Positions 52,095 to 64,000 of a stretch of DNA of 64,000 nucleotides are shown piece after piece. Position 1 is the first letter of the stretch. Each line of letters begins with the position of its first letter. The stretch comes from Rhizophagus irregularis. Its lineage: Eukaryota. Location: positions 1,674,001-1,738,000 of the forward strand of contig NC_089432.1 in NCBI RefSeq assembly GCF_026210795.1, given 5' to 3'. Both the position numbers and the translations under genes were made by a program. Below the pieces are notes generated by a model. The model was given only the letters and a program-made list of their open reading frames with translations. It searched no databases and was not told where the DNA came from.

Positions 52095-52420
52095 TTTATC
52101 GATATATCTTATGTTTAATTACACAATTTATTTATTGTAGAATTTTTATTATATCGATATATCTTATGTTTAATTACGCAGTTTATTTATATTTATTATT
52201 TAAATTTATAGAATTTTTATTATATCGATATATCTTATGTTTAATTACGCAGTTTATTTATATTTATTATTTAAATTTATAGAATTTTTATTATATCAAT
52301 ATATCTTATGTTTAATTACACAATTTATTTATATTTATTATTTAAATTTATAGAATTTTTATTATATATCTTATATTTAAATTTATTATTTAAATTTATA
52401 GAATTTTTATTATATATTTA
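52095..52420. repeat. ~71-bp AT-rich tandem repeat
   Basis: TATCGATATATCTTATGTTTAATTAC units repeated 4-5 times. Confidence 0.85.
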
Positions 52421-53365
52421 TTATAATGCATTTCATAATGTCTAAATTTTACAATGATTCGACTGATTCGTACTAGTACTATAATACATTTTAATAATAC
52501 TATACATTTTAATTAATACATTTTAATTTATTTTCGAATATAATTCATTAAAATTAAAAATGATTTATCGTCGCTATATAGAAGATATGAAGTGAAAAGC
52601 TAGAATCTATATAATTCCATAATTTTTCTAAAAAAAATAATTGTATTTTTCAAAAATAAAAACGTATTTATCAAAATTAAAAAATAATTAAAGTTTCATA
52701 TTACCTTCATGTGGAAAATGTAAAGTAGTGAGGTAGAAACTGGACAGTCGAAACGAAAAAAATGCCACTAGTGATCGACTCTATAGTCACATGATAGTCA
52801 CATGCCAGAAGTGTTATAGTTGCTAAATCCGAGGTTTCAGCAAAGTACTTATAATGTACTTAAACTTTTGTTATTTTTAATATCCGGCCAAGCTAATAGA
52901 GAGAATTTTACTATTTCATTTATTTTTATTTTATTTCACAATATCAGTAACAAGTTACTTAGAGTAATTTGGAGAACTTACAAAATGAAAACTGTAAAAA
53001 AGCCACCCTAAGATGGTGTTTCTCTGATAGAAGGGAAGGAAAGGACTGCTATAGTAACTATAATACACTACCTGATACTATAGTTCTCAACAGGATCGCA
53101 ATCTATAAGATCTACATTTTCTTTCAAATCCTGAAACATAAACGCACACAAATAAAGTTGATATTATTCCACCATCATCACTTATGGAAGTCACCTAACT
53201 AGATGTTTGATAAAAACTCAGAAAACGCGATCATCAATCTTATTATCGATCTTCACTCCCATTAAAACCTCTTCAAGTTACAGACATCCAGAATGTATTG
53301 AACAGCTAGTACATGGCATGCTTAGTGTAATGGAATTATGATTTGTTAATTAATGTAAATATTTA

Positions 53366-53737
53366 GGCCACTCCAATTTAATAGTTTGTTTAACGTACCC
53401 CACCCCCCTCATTTTTGAAAAATTTTTAAAAATAAACAAACATATGTTATATCACGTGACTTATAATAACATCACCGATTTGTATATTATTTAAAAGAAT
53501 TTCTTTCCAGTGTAATTGAATCTACCAAAGAAAATGGTATAATTAATAAAAGTAATATATGTAAACTTATTAATTGCATTATCTGTAATAAATTAAGATG
53601 TATTTTTAGTAAAAATGCATTGAGTGATAAAGAAAAAACTATGTTTATTTTTAAATGTTTACTTAATTTGACCCCCTTCCTCCCTCAATTTTTATATAAA
53701 ATTAGGACGTTAAACAAACTATTAAATTGGAGCAGCC
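53366..53737. mobile_element. PIF/Harbinger (Tourist-like) MITE
   Basis: TIR GGCCACTCCAATTTAATAGTTTGTTTAACGT / ACGTTAAACAAACTATTAAATTGGAGCAGCC; TTA on both flanks. Confidence 0.85.
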
Positions 53738-53959
53738 TTATTTTAAAAAATGAATTCTTTGAAGTTAGCAAATATAAACATGTAAAATTTCTATATACTT
53801 GCGCAGTTTTTCGTCACCATTCACAATTTAATAAACAGCAACTAATATTTTAGTCTTAATATATGATGATGTTAATCGTACTAGAAATTTGAAAATTGTA
53901 TTGTTAATTATAGAGGGACATTTAAAATTAATTAAGATGATAGGAACTTAGATAGGTAT

Positions 53960-54335
53960 CATAATTATACGGATGCGGCGTCTAAAGATGGAAAGAGAGG
54001 TATATATAGGCTTGGATGTTTTTTGTCAATAGAGAATTTCTGTTAAATAAAAGATTTTTACAAATAGTTAATAATTACTGTGTAGTAGAATTAGAATTAG
54101 TTGCGATACTTATGACTAGTAAAGTGATGGTGTATACAGATAGTTTAACGGTCTACCATCTATGTAATAATTTGTTTTATTAAAACAAAGGAATTTGGAA
54201 TACGATGGGAGTTTGGAATATACAATTTACAAACATTTTTTTGAAACATTTTCTAGAATCAAATGTTGAAATCACGATATTTAAAGTTTAAACTCATTCT
54301 GGTGTGAAAGGAAATGAAATAGCAGCTATTTGATA
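53960..54335 (+). pseudogene. Decayed RNase H domain of a non-LTR retrotransposon
   Basis: Fragments YTDAASKDG, ELVAIL, VYTDSL and KV*THSGVKGNEIA in order, with stops and frameshifts. Confidence 0.65.
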
Positions 54336-54721
54336 GGCAGCAAAATAATAATATTATTAAAGTTCAACACAATGTCTACGAGAATTTTATAAAGAATTAA
54401 ATCAAATTCATTACAGGAGGAATATAACCAATATTTCGTTTAAACATAATGATATAGTAGGACCCTGAGCAATGTGTAAATAAGTCATAGGAAATTAGAC
54501 TGGAAATTAGCAAAAACTTATTATTGGCTCTACGCATTTTTTCAGGGCCGGAATTATGATAATGTCAGTCAGCTACTAAAATAAGTAATAAATTCTGACC
54601 AACATTATTTAATATTATCTAAAAAAGAAAAGATTATTATGATTATTTTACTCATATTAAAAGTTTATTGAATTTTAAACTGAAATACAATGATATATTA
54701 AAAATATTCATTGTTTATAAT

Positions 54722-55246
54722 AGGACCCAGAAATATATATACAGGGGTAGGGTACACAAATGCGTCGCCATCATAGTGGAATTAGACGGAGTAAAGTTTT
54801 GATTTGCGTACAATTTTAGAATTTTTCATCTATAGTTAGGTCATCAAGATTGCGTATTTTTTATCAAAATTTTTATATGTAAAAAATTAGTTTGCGTATT
54901 TTTGACCTAAATTTGGCTAATCTTATATATATTTACTGTACGTACTTATTTAATTAACCGAATTGTAAGAAATTTCTAAGGGTTAAAAAGTGAAATTTTA
55001 GAAAAAAATTATTAAAAAAATGGTAAATTCTATTTTTTCACATTAGTAATTTGTTTTATAAATAATATAGAAGCCATGATAAAATAATTAATAACTTAAT
55101 GTCTGAAATTTTATTTGCGTATTTTTGCAGGATTTTCAATATCAGGTGTCAATTATGCGTACTACTCATATAAAAAGTCTCTGCGTACAGCTCATAGTAA
55201 AAAATTTTTTCGCCACCTGACCCCTATATATATATTTCTGGGTCCT
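54722..55246. mobile_element. MITE, AGGACCCAGAAAT family (copy 2)
   Basis: Same TIR as 7271-7492; 8-bp TSD TTTATAAT. Confidence 0.9.
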
Positions 55247-56869
55247 TTTATAATCTAACGAATATTGACGAAAAAAAAATTAAATTCTAAATAGTAAAAT
55301 AAAATTTTATGATAGTTAATGATAAATAAGATCAGAAGCGACATTCATATAATACAAGATTATTAGATTATTACTATCTTTGGAATAGAACATTTTCATG
55401 ACTAAATTACAAGACTATTTATTCACCCACACAATTTTTGTGAAGCGTCAAAAAAATTTTTTTATACATATACTACATATTTACATATCCACAGACCTGC
55501 GGAACTATTATTAAAAATTGAGGTATGATTGGATGAACTATATTACATTCGCAAAATTTCAAAAAAATTTCATAGACTGATGTTTTTATTTAATTGATAC
55601 AGTAAGGTGTAGTAAAAAAAAATAATGCAAATGAAAATTTTTATAGGAAAAATTTAATTAATGGATTATAATAGCACAAAAATAAATTTATATCAAAAGC
55701 GTTAACCTTTTCATATTTTTCGTGACCCTCCAAAATCCCGTAGTGATTCTGCAGTTTCGTTATAAATTAACAACTTTACATATTAAACAATAATTATATG
55801 AAAAGTAAATGAAAGCTGTGTAAATAATAGATTAATAGTACATAATAAATAGAAGTAAATAAATCGACTTTCATTAATCAAAGAAAAATTGTTAAAAATT
55901 TATGCATAGTATCACCGCCGGAATTCACAAAACCGAACATGTAAAAAAAAAAAGTTTTTTCGGCAAAAATTTCAAGGAAAATATTTGATTATTTTAGAAA
56001 AATTTTATAATACGATATCTTTTGTGTACTGTCATTATGCATCTATAAATAGTAAAAAATTCTAAATTTGTAGAACCCGAAAACGTAAAATTTACCCGGA
56101 CGTATGATTGATCTGCAATAGAATTTACTGAAATTTCTTTCATCCGTTTATTTAATTGTTTTAGTGTCACTGTACTCCAAACACTTCATGTTGAATTGTT
56201 AATTTTTTTTATCTCATCATCTTTCTGAGATATGATTTATAAAATTTTTGTTTAATTCTTACTTTTCCTTTATAGTTAACACACTGAAATACTGATTGAT
56301 TCCTTTTCGTCTTAGCATAAGTTAATTGAAACATTATCGTTTAAACAATTTACTAAAAGAAAATATTAAAATAATAATGCAAATTAAGTTTATAATAGAC
56401 GAATTTATTTCAAATTTTAAGCTAAATTTTTGTTATTACATTTTTGAATGAGAGTAATCTCAAACCAGCAAATAGACAGATAGCATTCTTTTTTTAAAAA
56501 ATTAAATTGATATCATTTCACTGTTACACTAAAAAAATGAAGTAAATTTTAACTGAGATCATTAAAACTTAAATTTTTTGATGAATCTTATTTGGTCGAA
56601 CTAAAATAACTGTGATAAGATTAAAATTCGTGGAACATTCTGAATTTACACAACACAATCTGTTTGTACGGTTTTTTACTTATTTTTAAACTTTGTGAAA
56701 CCATATAATGTTGCAATTTTTTTAAGGACTTTATATAGAAAAGATCGTCGTAGTAAATTCTTTATATAGTCTTGAAATGTAGTTTCTGCGAAAAAAAAAA
56801 AATAATTTTTTTCTGGAATTATTTTTTAAAAATACTCTTTCCCATAATTTACATAAGGAAATAGAAAAC

Positions 56870-59800
56870 ATGGATGAAATCGAAACCGAAATAGACGAAC
56901 ACATAAAAAAAAATGAGTACGTTGAAGATCTAGAAAGTGGTAATTATACTTACGGAGAAAAAATCAATTATGTTGCCATTAGCCCAAATGGTTCGATAGT
57001 AGCAAAGTTTAATCCATGTAAGTTATATTTGATATATACTTTATTCAATTTTTCATTTTAAAAATAATAGGGTAAATTCTTCCTAAACTTATTTCTTCAG
57101 ATGACTCTTCTATATTAGTCACAAAAGTGACGACGAATGCAAATAAAAATATACCCTTCGATAAGAAAAAATTCTTTAATAAAAAACCATCTAATGTTTT
57201 TGGTTGGTCTTTAGCAATTTCGGACATAATTGATGAAGGAAATGATATTGGGTTGGTTGCAATTTCTTGTGCAACCGACATAGACACAAGTCCAAAAGAA
57301 ATTGAAAAAGAAAATTTGCAAAAAGCATCAATTAGAAAACAATTATTAATATTATTGCCAGATTTCCAATTCATCTTAATTTTCTTATTTATTTGTTATT
57401 ATTCGGTCATTATTGGTTACACACATAATTTAAATCTTTACTTTTATCTATTTTTTATTATCATTTTCATGAATATTCTTTATTTTTACGAATCTTATAA
57501 CACTCCTAAAATCCTAAAGACTGATATAAAGCAATCTCTTATTTCTAGTGAAGGAATGATAAAAATTTTTAAATTTTCATTTAACGATAACAACAATGAT
57601 AAAGAAGACGATAATTATTCAATATATCATCTTGGTGGAGCTGTTACCTTTTTAAATAATTCTAATAAGAATAGTACAACACTTATCTGCATGAATTGTG
57701 TGGAAATACAAAAAATTAATATTATATTGGACAAGAATATTATTATATCAAAAGAAGGTATCTATTTATTACCTGAAAATTTATTTAAAAAATTAGGAAG
57801 TTTTAAAGATTCAAAATGCAAATGGAAATATCTTTTAAAATCTAAATTTCAGAAATTTTTAATGATTGATACGAGTAAAAATGATCACGTACAAAGCATT
57901 GAATTATATGATGTTAATAATTTACAATTAATAAATGTGTTTTATAGACATCTTGAAGATTGCTTAATTTCAAATGATAAAAACCTGGAATATTTGCGAT
58001 ATCAACTGATTCAAGATTATTTGCTTATTCTTATGGAGATAATATTATTACAATTTATTTAATGGAAAGTGGACTTGAGGTCGTTTCAAAGAAATTTGAT
58101 AATATCTTTAAAATTAAATTTTTAGAATTTATTGAAAAAGATAAAAAATTATTCATTATTGAAGAAGATAGAGAAAGTAATGTGAAATTTCATATTTGGA
58201 TTATATCAGGATGTTTAAATGATTATTTTTCCATTTCTAAAGATGATATTGGTTTATCGGATAGTAATATCTCTATTCTGTCAAAATATGATGAGCATCA
58301 TAATGCTTTTACAAAAGCAAATGGAAAAGTAGTTTTTAAAATTGATGGGGAACAGTTTAGAACCGTACACGAAATAACTATACAAAGAACGATTTTTGGA
58401 GAAAATGATGCTGTAACTGATGAGTATGAATATCAATCATGTAATCTAGAACCATGGAATAATTATGATAATACAAAGACTATTAGTGGTAGATTTCTTA
58501 ATAACGACAAAAGATTGCTTCTTATAATTGGTCAAAATAGCATTCAACTATGGAAATCTAAATCCATAAATTTTGTAGATTTTAACAATTTTAAAAAATT
58601 TTGAAAATTCGAATCTTGTTTATATTTTAATAAGTGATAGCATCGAACCAGAAAAAAAAGCCAAATTTCAAATTAATGATGACATGACTACCATTATATC
58701 TCATGCATGTAGATCACTTGCTTATCTATATAAACATACAAAAAGTATTTATTCTAGAGAAAAATATCAAAAATTCATTAACGGGATCATGTATATTATT
58801 AAAGACTTTATAAAAAATTATCCTGATAATTGGAAACTTATGGAGGTTCAACACCCTTTAATGGCATATCTAATTTATTCACGCTCATTTTCTCTAATCA
58901 AATATATTCTGTTTGAAACTAATACCCATGCTAAAATGTTACACAAACCACAAAGTAAATATACATATAACAATTATTTGGAATCAGCCAGTGATTTGAA
59001 ATTGAAATTATTTGAAGATTTAGAATTGAATGATGAAAGTTTGAAACCAGCTAATGATTTGGAATTGGCTTCAAAATTCTGTCAAGGCTAACACTTTAAG
59101 TTCATCCTTGTTATTATTAAGTAATAAGTAATATATTTTTAACATCAACTTTATTAATAGATCGAGATGCTGTTATGTTAGCATATTTATTGGAATATTA
59201 TTCTGAAAATTCTATGACTCATATTTGTTGGATGATCAATGTTACAAAATACTTCCAGAATTATCAAAATTTTCTTATAATGACTATTATGGTATATTGC
59301 AGTATTAAATTTTAGTGTTAACTTATATAAGCTTTGTTATTAAAAGTATTTATTATTAATTAATATAGGTAGTTATATGGATCAATTATTTTACAAGCCT
59401 TGTTTTGGAGAAATGAGATATAATTTTTTAATTAGAAGATTTAAAGAATTATCAGTTTGTCAAGGTATATTAAAAGTATACGTGCCACTTACTAGTATTG
59501 TACCAAAAAATTCTTTGAGTTATAAGAAAGTAAGGTATGTATCATTTAATTTAACTCACTCTTTATAAATCTTTAATTTATTGTTTTTATCTTTAATGTA
59601 GGGAGGATATTTTGCCTGATATCTATATGGTTCCACTCCCAAATTTTACAACACATAATTTTAGGGTTGTAGAAAAGGATGGAAAAGGAATATTTAAAGG
59701 AATTAAAAATTTCATATATTTGTTGGGATATATATTCCTTCCACCAGGTTATAAGAAATTAGAAGACAAATATTTTAGTTCATTTCATCAAATTAAAAAA

Positions 59801-61370
59801 GAGGGAAAAAGAATTTTTTAGAGTTCCGGCTATAGAAGCAGCTATAAATTCGAGATGGCGTGATACAATGGCATACTGGATGGGTCCCTTATATTTTTAT
59901 GCTATATTTTTGACTTATTTCTCTTATCTTTCTCAGCTTTTATTAAATGGTGATGAGGAGTTTAATGCATTAATAAAGATTGGAATTGGAATATTTTATT
60001 ACACTGGAATATATTTATTGATAATCGAATTCAGACAAATAATGAAATATAGAACCAAATACATTACGACGTTTAATATAATTGATCTAAGTAGTATTAT
60101 TTTGGGTATAATTGTATTTTCTTTAATATCTTTTACTGTTAGAACCAGCAATGAAACAATTATGATTTTAGCATCAATGACTACACTAGTGCTATGGATT
60201 GAATTGGTATGATTAATGATTATTGGAATTTAATTTTTAAATAATTTTATCTAATTCATTGTTTATTTCTTCAAGCTCTTATGGTTTCGATTATTTTCAG
60301 TAATGGCCATAAATATATTTATTTTTGGAAATATTTTAAGAAAGATAATGCCATTTTTCATATTTATGCTCATCTTAATAATAGGATTTGGAAATTCAAT
60401 GTAATTTCTTTTATTATTATTCTTGTATTTAGTGTTTCGATTCATCATCAGTTTATTTGAGAAATTACTCCAGATTATGGATATTGATAAACTACATCTG
60501 TCTGATCCATCATTCAACTATCCTAGAAATCTAATTTGATGCTATCCGTCATTTGAAAAATCCAGATTTGTTGATTGATACCCGTAATCTGGTGGATAAT
60601 GAGTTAACGGGCTGGAAGACTACTTGTATTATGTTTAAAAAAATTAACTTTTACTTGTTTTATAATAATAGGTTTATTCTTTTTCAAGAACCATCACCAC
60701 TTTATTATTTAAAAGCCTCAAATTACACATTATATAACGGAACTGTAAATCTAACTTTAACAGGACCAAGTCAAGATAATCCTATTAGCACAATATGGGA
60801 ATCTATACTTTCCATGTACTATTTGAGTACAGGAAATTTGAATAATTATGATTATTGGCCATTAAAATTACTAACATTTATTGCCAATGTTATTTTAGTT
60901 CTTGTTATATTAAACATGCTTATTGCGTTGATGAAGTAAGTAATTTAATATCTATTAAAAATATATTAGTTTATTTTGTTTATTTAACCTTATTTAACCT
61001 TAAATATTTTTTTAAAAAAAATTTTCTTAGTGACACATTTAATAAAGCTAAGGAAGATGGTAATCTCGGATTATTGATATATAGAGCAGAACTTGTTAAT
61101 GATTTTGAGAAACTTGATACGTTTTCATTTTATAATTCATCATATATTTGTTATCTTCGAGATCCTGAATTGATGAAAAAATGGATGAAAAAATCTCAAG
61201 AACTTAGTAAAACAAAGTTATATTCATGGTTTAATGAAAGTATTAATAAAGAAAATATAACTTATGATGATGATGGAATTGACATTACATCTTGGTATGA
61301 ACTTATCTCAGGTAATGAAGATTATCAAGACTCTTCTCCTACACCTGATCATATGACACTCTGGTTCTAG
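56870..61370 (+). pseudogene. TRP-like cation channel paralogue 3, frameshifted
   Basis: Same exon structure (MDEIETEIDE...DHMTLWF). Frameshifts near 57982, 58600, 59248 and 59810; donor GT>GC at ~59088. Several lesions are in homopolymers, so sequencing error cannot be excluded. Confidence 0.75.
60430..60622. mobile_element. hAT-like MITE in an intron of paralogue 3
   Basis: TAGTGTTTCGA...TGGAAGACTA ends; perfect 8-bp TSD CTTGTATT; absent from the equivalent introns of paralogues 1 and 2. Confidence 0.8.
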
Positions 61371-64000
61371 ATACTTTTATTTTTTTTTATTTTTTACTTG
61401 AGATAAATTTTAAAATACTATTACAAATTTCAAAATTTACTGTAGACAATTTTTTTTTCTGTAGTTTAGACGTAAGATGATTAAATCAATTATAATTTAG
61501 TTGGCTATATGAGTAATTTAATTCATTGTAAAAATGTAATAAATAAATGTATAATTATAATAATTACAATCAGTAAAACAAAATATAATTAGATTTTCTT
61601 TCTTTTTTTTTTTAACGACAAAGTATGAAAGTTATATGATTTTCAATATTAGTAAATACAACCGAAATTGAAGATATATTATTATTTAATCTACAAAATA
61701 TTATTTCATAATAATATCGTCTGGTTAAATCTTTAAATCAATAAACATATTCTGTATAATTCATATATAGGATCTGCAAAATGATCGACAGTGTAACATT
61801 AACGATTTATATCCAGTTTTTTAAGCGGTTTCCTTTTTTTGCTATACCTTTACCCAAATTGCGTCGATTTACCGATCTAAATCTTAGCTCCATTTATTGT
61901 ACTGTAAAAAAGAAAATGAAAAAAAATCAATATTTATAATTTTTAATATACTGTAATCGTTCAGTTACTTCAATAATACACAACTAATATATATGAGACA
62001 TACAAAATTTGTTAATGCCAAATAGTATTTTTAGCTAATAACTTAACAGAATTTGGATTGAAGGATATCAACCTTTATCTGATATTCCGATATTTCTATA
62101 CATTTAATAATATAAATTAATAAAAGGTAATAAAAAGATTTATAAATTTATATTTTTATTAGAATTACTCTTTAGATAACATAGATCGTGCTTCAATGAA
62201 TTCAATCGTATCAAAGAAGATTAATTATTAAGCAAGAATACATCGAATTTAATAAAAATAGTTTGAATATATATACTGTACATATTACAAAAAATTACAT
62301 TTATTTAGTAAAAACAACAAATAAATTTTTAAATTAGTGGTGTATCTATTGTTAAAATCAGCTTCAGATTATCGTGGTTAAATTGGTGCAGAATAAGAAA
62401 AAAAGAACCGTTAAAAATGTTTTCAAAAATTAATCATGTGACAGATCAATTACGTAACATCAGCTAAACTTTTATATATCAGGTGTAAAATTAACTATCA
62501 TTTCGTGACAATAATGATATAGTCATTGATATACCCAAAAATGAAATATGTATGATGACAATCCCCATTTTGAATTGATTGAAACACTATATACATATTA
62601 TTAAATTAAGAAAATAAAATTACTTTAGTTATAGTAAAGTATTGTATACCCATTATAATCCGTTTGGTTTTTTATTGAAAATTCCCATATCAGCTAAAAC
62701 CAAATAAGGTCAAAGTCAATAATTTATTTATCTATTCTTTTTAATATTGTTCTATTTTTATTTATGGCAGACATTTCTATTAAAACGTGTCAAATTACGC
62801 CGTTCTGCATTCAGCAGCTATACCTGTGATAGATTATAGATATTTATTATCTATTTATACTTATTACTAAGCCCTAAATTTTTTTTCCAATAGTTTTGCT
62901 AATAGATCGTTATTCTGCAGCCAATGTAAACAAGCAGATTTGCAACATAAAGTTTTGTAATACCAGACGGAAAATTATAGTAATTTTAAATGAATTCAGA
63001 AAGTTGCACGTAATTTTTTTGGTTGTTAGGATACATTCGATCTTATCACAAAAATAATCACCTTTTAATCATCTAAAGGTTTCTTTATTACTTTAATAAT
63101 CATTCAAAATATTAACACCAACATTAGTTATGATTTTAAACAAATAATTTTACATCATTTTCTAATTAAAATAAAGAAGAATTTGGTGAGTTCTATATCA
63201 CTGTTAAAAAATCGAAAGTACGTACAAATCCAATTTTATAATCAATTTTTGAGAACCAAATTTATGGAAAAAAGAAAAAACAATACAAAATAATTTCATA
63301 CAAATATTTACTATCACATAGATTATATTTCATGCATGTTTACTATCGAATATTCAAATTTCGTTTTAATTTAAAAACAATTATTTTTTAAATTAATGCA
63401 ATTCTTTATAATCAACGATCTTTTTGTAAGAATGTAAAAATTTTATGGGATGTATTGTATTTTAAATAATTTCTCAACAAATTAATTATTTACATTTTTC
63501 GAAAAATAAATGATTTTACTCAATAACTTTTTAAATGAACTTAATACAATAATATCATAATATCACGAGAATGCATTTTGTACGATAATAATAAATCAAA
63601 ATATTTTGATAGCCCAGATTTAAAGAAAGATTTTAATATTTGAAATTCATTATTCTACGTATTTAGTATTATTTTTATTTATCAAGTATATATTGTTATA
63701 ACGGTAAAAGTTTAAAAATTCACTTCTTTTTGAAAATTTTAGCAAGAACGAAAATTTTTAGTGATAATTTTTGTGATAATATTGAAATATAATTCCGCAG
63801 CCTAAAAATTCGTGAAACTTCTGCTTTGACAAAAAAAGCAATTTTATGAGTCTGTTTAACGGGTATCGGGCTGGGCCCACAATTAAAAAGACCTTCAAGG
63901 GAACGACATATGCAATTTGCATATCAGCCAATTTTTGGAATTCTAATCAATAAACCCAGGGTAGCAGGTGCGGCATATATTTAGTCGGTGATCTACATAT

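Overview
Very AT-rich eukaryotic (fungal) genomic DNA with short GT-AG introns. The gene families present (TKL-type kinase with a CxxC...WCxxC N-terminus, expanded TRP-like channels) resemble those of Glomeromycotina such as Rhizophagus; this taxon call is inference. Host genes: a spliced TKL kinase (13125-15103), a repeat-rich C2H2 finger protein (24153-26280) and three dispersed paralogues of a TRP-like channel gene, all with disrupted reading frames (18644-23103, 30246-35965, 56870-61370). About ten MITE/DNA-transposon relics are present, most with resolvable TIRs and TSDs. The highlight is a young, complete 11.0-kb Ty3/Gypsy LTR retrotransposon (36227-47232; 629-bp LTRs with one visible mismatch; CCAT TSD) with an unusual multi-cistronic layout. 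It carries an extra upstream ORF, a Gag with a ~695-aa repeat/Zn-ribbon extension, a UGA-CUA readthrough junction into protease, a separate RT-RNaseH frame and a small extra ORF. Its integrase is a stand-alone ORF fused to a thymidylate/deoxynucleoside-kinase-like P-loop domain. Just before the PPT lies a degenerate copy of what appears to be its own primer tRNA-Gly, retaining Pol III A/B boxes and followed by a hairpin and T5.
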